A DNA stretch of 64,000 bases from Ylistrum balloti (Eukaryota): NCBI RefSeq assembly GCF_031769215.1, contig NW_026782179.1:2294001-2358000 (forward strand), written 5' to 3'. The notes under the pieces are model-generated. The model was not told the DNA's origin and ran no database searches. It was given only the letters and a program-made list of their open reading frames with translations. Both the position numbers and the translations under genes were made by a program. Shown here piece by piece: positions 13,001 to 25,300 of the stretch; position 1 is the first letter of the stretch, and every line of letters begins with the position of its first letter.

Positions 13001-16000
13001 GCACTGGAGGAGTTTGTTGAGAGTATAAAGGTAAGAGTGAAACAAGGTTTACAAATTCATACTTACTAGTAATCTATCAATAGTAGGGGAATAGTACAGA
13101 CCTATTGGGCCTCTTGTTATTGAGTGATATGTCAGTATACTGAGTAAATACTTGTTCCTTTTCATTTCAGAATGATCCAGACAAAGCCTCCATGCCAAGA
13201 GATGGTACAGTCCATGAGTTAACAAATCATGTGAGTTATCTTCCAGTACATTTATTTTGTGTCAGAGGTATAAATATGGTTAAGTTAACTCTTGATTTGT
13301 ACAATTCTTAATCCTCAAATTGAATTTGAATTGATAATTGGTTTATTTTGAATCTTCAGACTATTATATTCCTGGAGCCACTCTTAGACTATGCTGATAC
13401 TGCAGGTGCTATGCTGTTAATGCATGGTGAGTAAATTTGATCAATGTTTGCATAGTGTAAGTCTAGTGATATCACAGGCAAGACCTATGCTGACACTGAT
13501 GTCATGTATTTAAATTTATGTTGGCAACAATCTCATTGAATGAATTCTGTGTCAATCAAACAGTAAATTGAAGCATTAAGATTGCAGTGTTTACAAAGAA
13601 TGACATCAATGATAGCATGGACCAAGTCCTTTGTTGTCAATGATAGCATGGGGCAAGTCCTTTGTTGTCAATGATAGCATGGGGCAAGTCTTATGTTGTC
13701 AACGACAACGTGGAACAAGTCCTATGTTGTCAATCCTGTGTTGATTCAACAGTAAGCTGTAGCATAGGGTTAAAGGTATAACATAGAATGGTGACATCAG
13801 GGGGAAAAATGCTCAAACTTAAGCTATAGCATACAGGTCAGAATCTTATGTACATTATACAAATAGTATTTGATGAGTCCTGTGGAGTCTAAAAAGTAAT
13901 CTGTATTATATGATTTCTTTGTGTAAGGAGTTATTTCTGATGTGACTATAAATCAATCAAGAAAGTATCAGAAGTTGAAAAATATTGGTATGGTTATGAT
14001 TCATGTAGTCTGTATGGTTTCATCTACAAAAGTCTGATAAAAATAAAATCTCATCAAAGTCATGAAGTTTCAGGGATTTTCGATGTTTATCTCCGATCAT
14101 GTTAGCATTTTTTACCTATTTGAATTCCAGGAGAACAAGCTGCTCCATCTGAAGCTGTTGATGCTAAGAAGAGTAAACTCAAGCTTGCAGAATACTGTAG
14201 TAAGTATCAATTGTAACGGCAATTTTCTATCATTGTAAAATATAGTGAAAATAGTGAGAATTCACAGAAATGTACCTATTTTCAGCTTATTTTGTCTGGA
14301 CATTCAGGCTTTTATGTCACAGTGATTGACATCTCATCACTCTGAATATTGATTCAGCTAGAATGAAACCCTTTGATCAGTCTTCCCTAAGATTATGCTA
14401 TTATCTAAAATAAAAATTTGTCTTCATTTTTTCACTTAGCTGATCAAGTATAACATCATGAAAAGAGATGTCACATGTGCTTGGTTAAACAAAAACTTAA
14501 GTTTAAGATTGTTTCATGATCACCGTCTATGATCATTTTATTTTTTGTCTGGATTTTAATTAAAATTTTATTGTCAGTATAAATATCTCTTGTAGTTACC
14601 TCTGATTGTTTTATAAAGCAATACATAATTTATTTAATTCATCTACATATATATATAATTCCTTATTTGTTAATTGAGAAACTAGAGAAGTGAACGACAT
14701 GTTACAAAGGAATCAAAGGTTTAACATGAGACATTTTTCTTCAGCCAAAGTTCTATCGGCATTGGGTCTGAATCTGAGCAACAAAGCAGAGACCTATAGT
14801 GATCCAACACTGAGGCCTGTATTTATGTTAAACAACTACAACTACATCCTTAAGTCTATACAAAGGTAAGAGCATGCTTTAGATTAACATGTTTCATGTC
14901 TAAAAAGTTCTATGCCTAAATAGATTTTGGGGTCAATATACCAGGGTTAAAGGGTCAATGGTCATAGGTCACTTAGACAGCATCAGAAATGAAAAGCTTT
15001 GTCTACATTTTGAAAGTAATAACTGAAGCATAAATCTAGACAAATCTGCAGATAGCAAAACACTGGTCAATGTTCGTCAGTCAGCAAATCAAATACAGCA
15101 GATCTGGCTCTATTTCACAAACAAGCAAACCTGGTCCAACTCTCAAAACAATAAAGGAAAATGACCCTTGTGTAAAATATATCTTACGAGCTCTTAACAG
15201 ATTAAGGTATTGAATGTTTTTACACCATAATATCAGAACAATTTTATAAGTTCTATGTTTTACTGTGTCTTTGTTCTTAATGTCCTTACTATAGTTTGTC
15301 AATGTTGACATGTATGTACACATCCATACTTAACTAACCATCAGTGTAAATTTCAGTCACTGATAGATCACTTTATCAAGAATAAGTCATTCGACTATCA
15401 AAGTGAAATCAGAATTTTGTTATATATATGTATAGATCTGGATTATTGGATCTCATCCACACCTGGCATAAAGAGGTGGGGCAGTATTATGAAGACAAGA
15501 TTCAGGAAGAAAAGAAGCACTATTCTCAGAGGTAAGTTAACTTCAGAAAAAATAGGATTATCGGCTTCAAAGCTAAACAAAGCCCTAGCCTGATAGATAA
15601 AATACTTAAAAGTAAAGTCCATATTTGTCAAGTCCCCCAGTGGACTATGTTCTAAAGACAGGATACATGTCTTGTTTATGATTAAGATCCTGATAGGAAT
15701 TAAACATTTTCACTCAGCTGTTAGTTTGTATAGTATAGTTTTTTTCATATAACCAGCATAGATAGACCAATCTATACTAATGACAAGAATAAGAATGAAT
15801 GTAATCACCCAACTTGAATATTCCAGGTAAAATTCAATGCGAAAAGTGATTTCTGATCAAAATATAACACACATAGTGAGAAAACTGTTACAATCTGACT
15901 TTATGATGGTCACTGTATCAATTTATAGCTGGAGTCGGGTGATGCATTACATATTGGAAGTCAATGAGCCCATGTCTATGCAGAGAACACAGTCCTTGGA

Positions 16001-16920
16001 AACAGCAAAGGTATTCTATAGCAATATCTTATAGTTGACTGACCACAACCTTTACAGCAAATGTCTTGTGATCAATGACCATATTTGTTACATAAATTAT
16101 ATCAGATTTCTGGGTTGTATTCGATAATTTTACTATTAACATTGAATTGAAAAATTATCACAATTGGAAGCAATAGTCTACATTTATGGACCAAACCTGT
16201 TTATTGTACTTTTCTATTTTCTGTTTTAGTTGAAGGACAAAGAAAAACAGAACATCAAAGACAAGTTTACAGTGAGTATGACCATTGTTGCTCTTGCTTT
16301 CTAATATGGATATAAAATAGCAACTTAATTTTGTGGCAATTAACAGTTGTGAGAAGCCCAAGAATATCTGGTGCAGTTCAAATCCAATGCATCGTGCTCT
16401 ATTATAACCTTGTTATCCTCTCCTTCTTAGAGTGTTTGCTGTATAAGCTTATAGTAGGATAATTGTAAGATATTGAAGAACAGTGCAAAATACTTTTCTT
16501 ATAAATCAGAATAAACTCTGTAATAAAAGCACACACTATGAATGCAGTTATACCTGAAATAGTCTGGTGGTTAGAGGGATCTACAGAAATGTCAAAAAAT
16601 GTATCAACAGACAAGAATTAAATTCTTTGACAGCTTGAATTATTACTTGTAATCATATAGCGTACGATTATCTATGCACACAGGGATTCAACAAGGAATT
16701 AGAGGAGATCTTAAGAATACAGAAAGGCTATGCTATACCTGACCAGGAGTTGAGGGAGATGCTGAAGAAAGAAAACAGAGACTTCATTGTACCATCTTAT
16801 ACTGTCTTCCTACAGAAATATGAGAAACTGAATTTTACCAAGAACAGGGATAAATACATCAAATATTCCATTCAAGATGTTGAAGCTATTATTGGAAAGT
16901 TCTTCGACACATCTGCTTAG
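4046..16920 (+). CDS. EXOC7: Exocyst complex component 7 (Exo70), complete, 22 coding exons, 698 aa
   Basis: Exons 4046-4096, 4459-4624, 5507-5591, 5906-6014, 6583-6700, 7202-7373, 8510-8585, 8945-9003, 9374-9429, 10151-10257, 10613-10717, 11521-11640, 11890-11949, 12992-13030, 13171-13230, 13360-13426, 14131-14199, 14745-14865, 15436-15531, 15929-16010, 16230-16271, 16684-16920 (2097 nt, open frame, TAG stop). Exo70 hallmarks: MPRDGTVHELTNH, FMLNNYNYILKS, KDKEKQNIKDKFTGFNKELEE, YAIPD, FTKNRDKYIKY. Confidence 0.96.
4625..5506 (+). other. U12-type (minor spliceosome) GT-AG intron, EXOC7 intron 2
   Basis: Donor GTATCCTTT (4625-4633) is the full U12 5' consensus. Branch-point-like TTCATTAAC at 5491-5499 lies just before an AAG acceptor with no polypyrimidine tract. 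Confidence 0.85.
7596..8365. repeat. 54-bp minisatellite (about 14 units, 4 near-identical then degenerating) in EXOC7 intron 6
   Basis: Unit like GGTTACTGTCACAGGCCCCATTGATCCCTTGGTGTCTACCTCCATGAGACATAA. The period is divisible by 3, which explains the long ORFs on both strands. Confidence 0.92.
10820..10931. repeat. 28-bp tandem repeat x4
   Basis: GAGAAATGCCAGTCAGATCGGGACTGAA repeated in EXOC7 intron 11. Confidence 0.9.
12110..12775 (-). mobile_element. Degenerate HINE/Helentron-like non-autonomous element
   Basis: Ends in CTCTTGTT (reverse AACAAGAG) at 12768-12775. Internal degenerate units share AAATTTTGTGTC...GCA...CTTTGC and TTGCCC motifs. Family assignment is from recall of bivalve repeats; the left boundary is approximate. 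Confidence 0.4.
13606..13733. repeat. 31-bp tandem repeat x4
   Basis: TGTCAATGATAGCATGGGGCAAGTCCTTTGT-like units in EXOC7 intron 16. Confidence 0.85.
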
Positions 16921-17603
16921 ATACTGAACCAAGAAAAATAGAAAAAAAAAACCATTCCGGTATAGGCAATCTCTGCACTATTTGTGAAATGCGCTTTTGA
17001 TGAAATTGATAAAAAGGATCTATTAAACTTACATTTGCATTCACCTCTACATTTTAAAGACTAAGAGTTTTAAGGCACTGTAGATCTATGATTTTTTTTT
17101 TGTGTGCTGTTGTCAAAGAATAATTGCTAACATACATGTGACATTGTGATTTATATAACATAGGCAAAGAATCATTCATGTTGTCACCTCTTCAGAAATA
17201 ATGAAGAAATTCTTTTATCATTATCCACTAGTGTTGTGGAGATTTGATGTAAAGCAGTTCTTGACCTAGTTAATTTAAGCTGCCATTTATCTACAAGAAT
17301 AGACGACCCAGTGGAACTTGGATAAAAATGTGGCATGCAATTATAAAGGAGAACTAGTCAAAACTGATATTAAGGTCACTGGTGATTGTAAAGTTAACTA
17401 TAGATGGCAAGGCTTTCAGTTCATTTTTCATGTCTCCTCTTGCCAGTTGAGACTTACTATTTCTGTATTAGATTTGTACACTACATGTAAAGAACATAGG
17501 TATACAAGTTCCTAAGGCTTATTGTATTCATTCACATTCTACCAAACACCTGGCTTCTGTGTGTGGGAATTGTGCAATAGTTGATATGTAAGATTTGAGC
17601 TTC

Positions 17604-17609
17604 AATAAA
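17604..17609 (+). terminator. Candidate EXOC7 polyadenylation signal
   Basis: AATAAA about 680 nt after the stop codon, followed by U/GU-rich sequence. Confidence 0.55.
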
Positions 17610-17879
17610 TTATGTATACATTATTGAGTTTTGTTTAATGCTCTGGTAAAGTAATTTCTAGTCACATCCTGCTATTACATCCACTTTCAAGCTGGTTGTC
17701 CCACTGCCTTTTCAGTGTTCTTGGCTGAAGTTGAAAAATGATAGATCTGTGATTCAAAATTTAAATGCTTATACTAGAGACCCATAAGATCTGTATTGCT
17801 CATCTAGATTTGGCAAAAAATTCTTAATCGAAACCAAAGGAAAAGAAAGTCAAAAGGTTTATAACTGTTTTCCCTTTAA

Positions 17880-18600
17880 GCCAAAACTCTTCTGCCCCCG
17901 GAGTGTTTACAAAACCATGTATACTAAAGTCTCCTAAACCAAATTTTTTTCAGACAAAATTGGGACTGAATATTTTTCCCAAAGTAGCAGGATTTTTTAT
18001 TTTTAAAGAATTTTCTCTACAGTATTTCCCCTTCTGGACCTCACCTCTACTGCTCAAGGGGGTCGAGACCTACTGTTAATAAAAAATTGATTTTCCTTAA
18101 CTCCAGGATGCTTCAGACCAAATTGGAACAGAATCCTGGGGCAGAGACCCACCTTCTATACAAAATGGTTCCCCTTTCACCTAATAATGATTCATATGAA
18201 ATTGAGAAAAAATCCAGGCATCGGTACAGGAGGAGTAGAATTTCAAAGATTTTGCTATTTTCTGCTTATTGGCCCTTGCTCCTCTAGTACCATGTGGCCG
18301 TGACGTAATGTTATTAAGAATTGAGTCTCCTTCAACCACTGATACTTCAGACCAAGTTTAGGCAAAATCCAATCATTCCTACAAAAGGAGTAGGGTTTTA
18401 AAGAATTTGCTCATTTCTTCTGTTAGGCCCTAACTCTCCTATTCCATTGAGCAGAGACCCACCATTTATAACAGTTTATTACCATTCCTCTAAGGATGCT
18501 TCTCACTAAGTCTGGTCAAAGCTGTCTGTGTCTAGTAGCAATTTTCACAAACAAAATTTACAGACAATGCCCCATCCTTCTGACCAGGCGAGCTAACAAC
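17880..18600 (+). mobile_element. Degenerate HINE-like interspersed repeat between the convergent EXOC7 and TUBGCP6 3' ends
   Basis: Internal degenerate direct units (GGATGCTTC..ACCAA, GCAGAGACCCACC, GGAGTAG..TTT..AAGA) and a decayed terminal CAGGCGAGCTAA motif. Boundaries approximate. Confidence 0.45.
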
Positions 18601-19314
18601 TAAATGATTTCAATGCAAATAACCAAAAGATTTAGATTTTTCATTTAAAGAATCTTCTTTTTTCTGTTATGTTTTTACATAATTCAGTTATAAAATGTAC
18701 ATCATAATTCAACAAATGACACGTGGATGAAGCTATCACAGTTTTATAGTCCATTTCCTACATCCACATCTTTAACATTAAATTGCTGTATATATGATAA
18801 TTGCTTATTCATCAGCTTCAGTTACAGTTTCCAGAAACAGTCGATGCGATAACAGGACAAGTTAAAGTTATCAAACCAGACACCTAGCTATATGATTGAA
18901 ACGATACATTGTGGTGACTATTCCAAAAAGCATTTCTATTCACTATATCATTCCAATGAATTGCCCTTTACTTTGTGTTAGCATGATTGGTTATTCTTCA
19001 CTCTGTTTGCTATATCTAGTGAACTAGGTCACAGAATTCTTTTATACGATGAATGTCTTTAATTCGCAGTGTCTTAATAAACAAGTTGCCCTTCAATCAT
19101 ATTGTTACCCTAGTCCTTAACTTCCAGTATGTCACTAAGATGAGCTGTAGTATCCCAATAATTTGTCCTTACTCCAGTGTGTCAGGATTTGTCCTTGACC
19201 TCTAATGTAACACAAATGTGAGTCAACAATTTGTCTGTGACTCAGCGTGTCACTAAGAGTTTTCCATTATCTAGTGGAGGATGTGTCCGTTCTCTAGTGG
19301 AGGATGTTTGATGT

Positions 19315-22300
19315 CTATCTTGCCTTGTAATAATCATTAAAGTTAAGACGTAACAAGAGTTCCTGTAAATGGGGTTGATATCCTCTTATGGCCAGCTTGT
19401 TCACAACTATAAAACAAAACAAAGAAATAAGAGAAAATTGATTTCATAACAAATTTTACTTAATTGGAAATAACATGGACTGTATAACAATCAAAGAGTT
19501 AAATATATGACTTCATATCGATAATGTGGAATGTCATTTTAGTCGGATCATAATACAGTATTCTGTTATGACATGACTGAATGGAAACTTCCATGAATGT
19601 TTGTTAAATAATGAACAAGGCAATTGATCAGTGAAGCATTTCTGCAGAATAATGTTAACAGAACTGTGTAAATCATATATGAACTGATAGGAACATATGT
19701 ATCAATTAAGGACAAGCAGAACACTTCAAAGTGATGGTGATGCTTGATGGAATATTATTGTGATGAAATTAAAATCTATTACGGCTGACTCAATAAGAGG
19801 ACAGTATACTCACTTTTGAACAGAAAGACGGAGTACTCCCTGAAGGCTTTATAAGATGCTACCATGTTCTGAAAATTAGAATGAGCAGGATGTCCTGTGT
19901 CCACATCATACCGCCATTCTGCATTAACCAACTGTAGTCTGAACTTGAGGATTAGAGAAAAGATGTCTTGTATAATTTTCATCACTGCTCCAGCCTTCTT
20001 GTTCAGTAAGCATCTGTCACATAAAAAAGAATTCCATGTCACCACTAATTATATCCAGAACTAAATATTGTCTCGAAATTAAGCACAAAGGGATCAAGGG
20101 GGTCTACATTTATACTAAGAAACATTCTCTTTCAAAGATGATGCTCCAAAAAGACAAACATTCAACTGCAATGTTTTTGAAATAGATCCAGTGGTGATGT
20201 ATTGCCCAGGGATAGTTACCTGAAGATGGCTTTGTCCAGATAGTTGGAGTGGACCTTGTGTAGGTCATCAAGGTTATGAACATCATTACTGAGAGCTTCG
20301 GTAAACTCGCACCATGTTACATGTATCACTTGGTTTGCTATGTAACCCTGCATCACCTTTACAAAGTGCTGCATCTCCTGCCTGTAATAAAATTCCTCAT
20401 TATTCTACCAAAAATCTGTTGTTGTTAGATAGATACACAGAATTAGGAGTAAATAAAAAGATCCTATGGTAGACACATCATCTGCAGATAAGTCCTTACT
20501 AGTCACTGCATTTCTAATTAATCTTTAAAATTTTTAAATCATGATGATCTTCTGATAATAAAATCATTTTTCATTTGATACTCTTATTTCTTGATAAGAG
20601 CAAAACATTTCCTGGTCTCAAAGAAACTTTACAATAAATCCAAGCAAATGTTTACCTGTAGAGCTGGAGCTGACGAAATTGAGAGGAGCCGCCTGCTTTG
20701 TGAACCAATGCTACAATGAAGAGATGTGAATTATTGCTTCAATTGATAGAAACATTTGAACACAAGATTACGATGTTGATAGCAGATACTGGTTATACAC
20801 AAGTGTAGGAAACAACAACCTTTTTCTCTGGACAAGTGTTCTATGACTTTCCTAACTGAGATTTCATTTAATCTTCCACAACGTAGTTAGGTAACAAGAC
20901 ATGTCTGTGATGTCAAAAGGAAAACTGAACATCACTCAATAATTGATTTGGTGTCACATTATCAATCTCCACCCTAAAGGTAAGATTCCTAAATTGTTGA
21001 AACCTTCCAAAATCTCAGATAGAATATATCCCGAGTTTTACTTATATGGTTGATAGTTGTATACCTGTGAAATATACTATCTAATATCATTACAGATTTC
21101 ATGGATGACTTACAACATGGACAAATACAGGACTTCTACATCATTACGAAAAGGACATTAAAGAATTTTTTTACAGCAGCTTTACATCAAACAGCAGTAA
21201 AAAGTCCAAGCAAAATAGTTAGTATATATAATTGTAAAGACACACTTCAACTGGAAATGAACTGTTCAAACTATTTTCAGCTGAAGTATTTATATGTTGA
21301 GAATGCTGACCATCACGTTTCAGTCTGTACCACACATCTTTTAGCACCCACACTGTACGCTTCAGCTGCAGCATGAAGGAAAAGACTTTACTGTACTTGC
21401 TGATGAGGGAATCTGTTATCACAATGTTCAGTGGCCAGGTCACCTGATAATAAACAAGCTTACAGTTAGTTTTGCAAACTGCAATCTGAAACCAAAAATC
21501 TATTCTCAGCACAGGTGACCTTTGTAGTTGACCTCTTGACCCTAAACACAATCCCACACTAGGTCTCCTTCTAAACTTATATTTGTTATCATCATGAAAC
21601 CAGACAGAGAGATGGATGGACCAACGAACAGACACTGGAGTCCCTCCGGTTTCACTGTCAGGGGACCAACAAGGACATATAGTCATTCAGATCTCACCCC
21701 AAAAGACCCCCAGTCATGGGCATGACATCCAGCAAGATATTTAATAAGTTGTTTACAGGTAATAGTGAATATAGGACAATTCAGAACAAAATCGGCAATT
21801 AAAGTCTTATCAAAGAAATGATTTTAATCAGTTCTGAAGATATGTTCTAAAAATGCTGGAATCAGGGAATGTGACAGTCTGTTTCCATGGTAACCACGAA
21901 AACATTAAAACTGAAAACTGATCCATAGAAAAAGGCACTACTAGACCACTGTATAGAAAGATTGTTTTAGTTATCTTTAAAGATTTTGGAGATATGCACT
22001 AAATGCCTCTGTATGGATGAACAGACAGCCAGATGGAATGACACACAGAATCTGTTTTATACATGTAACAAGCACATTGTCTGTGGAATACCAGGGAACT
22101 GGGTGAATGAGAAGATCTACCACACAGCATTATAGGGTTCTTTGTACACATATCTTCACCTATTTACTTTTTCACTACCACACAGCATTATAGGGTTCTT
22201 TGTACACATATCTTCACCTATTTACTTTTTCAACCCACAAAAATATTACACAATCTACCTAAGATACCACACAGCATTATTTCTTTGTACACATATCTTT

Positions 22301-25300
22301 ATTTACTTTCTCTCTATTTCAGAATTGAATATTAATAAAAACAAGCATTTTCTTACATTGATCATTAAAAATTATCATTAAAAATTCAACCATAGCTACC
22401 ATCAGAATATGAGTACACACTTCTTTACAACTATATCATTCCAGAAAATGTTGAACTCTAACCCCTTTTTAAAATTCCATGATCTGTCTTAAGATACCTA
22501 CCTCTGTTACATATTAAAATTTTGATGTGTAAGGGTAGCATTTTGGACGTTACATTGAGCTCTATATCAATATCAAGCATTGAAAATGACCCTCCCTTCC
22601 ACAAAATTATGTCTTCAAATTTGACGACTGCCATTTCTAGGAATAAACTCCCTAGAAAACAACTTACCTTGTATCGTAGCTCTAAACAGTCCAAAGTGTC
22701 ATGAGCTGAAACGAGGGAAAAAAACTGATATTCTTTGTTGATGATCATGTCACAAAGTAAAATATCCCAACTTCAAATATAGGTCTGTTAATGTAATACA
22801 CTTTTATTTGAATTTAAAAAAATTCACTTGAAACCATGTAAATTGAATAATTAAAAAATATTCAGGATGGGACAACAAGCTTGATAGGCGGGTGATGAGG
22901 TAATTTCATCAGATGTTTCTGGGAATTACTGGGAATAATCATTTAAACTGGTCACAGATAAAGATAACATACCATTTTGCATCAAGACTTTCGGAACATA
23001 TCGTAACGCAAAGCTGAGATTGTCTGCAAACGGATCATCAGCATGCATGGACGATTTCAGGGCCTTGTTGAGAGCATTGGTCAAAAACACAGGGTTCAGC
23101 ATCTCTTGGGCCTTAGGACTGTTGGCAAGCTTCAAATAAAAAACAATAAGAAATTTTGAAAATACAGTGTTCAAAGGCCCCTAGGTCTATCTTAAAGATC
23201 TTTTTGGAAAATGAATACCTAAGTAAAGTAATGCTAGTGCTGAGTACATCATTTCACATTTACCAACTGTGACTAAGAATGCTGTTTTGTCAGGGATGCA
23301 AAAATTGTATTTATTTTCCCCCTCTGGTAGTTAACACTTTCACATCAATATAACACATATAGTTCCAGGTATGAGGTGAACAGTTATTAAGCATGACGGA
23401 TATGAATGAAATCTACCAACCAGTGGTAAAATTATGATACGAGGTCTCCCTAGTACATATAGCACTGCAGAACACATATCATATGATAATCTATTGACAA
23501 TTTACTGAAATGGGAAAAGTCCTTTACCTTTTCCAAAAGTATGTCACTGAGGATTTGTGCAAAGTCTCCATCGCCCATAAAGAGATAACATCTAAGAGCC
23601 TCAAAGTGGTTCTTTATCTCCAGGTCCACAGTAAAGTAGTTGATCACATTGTCATTCACCAGAGAGATCCTATAAAACAAGTAAAATCAACAATCCAGGA
23701 AGGTGGAATTATATAATATGGCTTCATGTACAGTCTGTGTTGAAATATCCATCACATGATAAGTTACCCATGTGGCAGGTATCACTATACTTTTTTCAAA
23801 TATTGAGAATTTAAGAAATTGAACATATTCCTGACAATAGGAGAACATTTCAGCCATTTTGGATTTCTTTCACATCAGGAGTAGATATTTACTCTCTCTA
23901 CCCTCTACTAGACAACAAAGATAATTAACACAACAATGAGTCTTCTTAGTCAAGCTGTGTTTCACACATTCTGGTCCATATTATATACTCATTTAAACAT
24001 TGTCTATCATTAACACATTGTCTACAACCACTTGTCATTTACACATTTTCAACCATTCAAACGATGTCTACCATTCATGCATTGTCTCACATTTGGGCTG
24101 TCTACCATACATATATTGTCTACCTATATACAATGTCTACCAGTCATGCACTGTCTACCATTCATGCATTGTCTCACATTTGGACTGTCTACCATACATA
24201 TATTGTCTACCTATATACAATGTCTACCAGTCATGCACTGTCTACCATTCATGCATTGTCTCACATTTGGACTGTCTACCATACATATATTGTCTACCTA
24301 TATACAATGTCTACCATTCATGCACTGTCTACCATTCATGCATTGTCTCACATTCACACATTATCTCACATTGGAACTGTCTACCATTCACATGTCTGCA
24401 ATTCACAAGTCATTCATAAATTGTCTACCAATCACACTTTGTCTACCTGGTCTTTCAACCACATGTCATTTACACATCTTCTATCTCTCAAACACTGTCT
24501 ACCACTCATACATTGTCTCACATTTTACACTCTCTATCATTCATATATTGTCTATCATTTATACAATGTCTACCATTCATGCATTGTCTACCATTTATAC
24601 AATGTCTACCATTCATGCATTGTCTACCATTTATACAATGTCTACCATTCATGCATTGTCTACCATTTAAACAATGTCTACCATTCATGCATTGTCTACC
24701 ATTTAAACAATGTCTACCATTCATGCATTGTCTCACATTTTGGACTGTCTACCGTTCATGAAACGTCTACCATTTATACAATGTCTACCATTCATGCATT
24801 GTCTACCATTTAAACAATGTCTACCATTCATGCATTGTCTCACATTTTGGACTGTCTACCGTTCATGTAACGTCTACCATTTATACAATGTCTACCATTC
24901 ATGCATTGTCTACCATTTAAACAATGTCTACCATTCATGTATTGTCTCACATTTTGGATTGTCTACCGTTCATGTAACGTCTACCATTTATGCAACGTCT
25001 ACCATTTATGTATTGTCTACCATTCACATAATTTTATCTATGTACATGTTGTCTACCAAGAACAACATTTATCATATTATTGAAGGTATATTAGTCCTTT
25101 CATGATTTAATTACCTTCCTGGGCCTTGACTTTTAATAAACTTACTGAGCTAATAGAGGTCCTGTGACAGATCGCTCCAGAAGCTGAGGAAGTGGCATGT
25201 AGCGGTACAAATCTACATCATCAGTCTGACTGATTCCATAATCACCAAACCTGCCATAGGCAGATAGCTCCTTAGACGACAAAAGATCAACAACAGGCGT

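Noticed and set aside
24000-25105. Cys/His-rich ORFs in several frames
   Set aside because: Translation of satellite DNA inside a TUBGCP6 intron on the non-coding strand.
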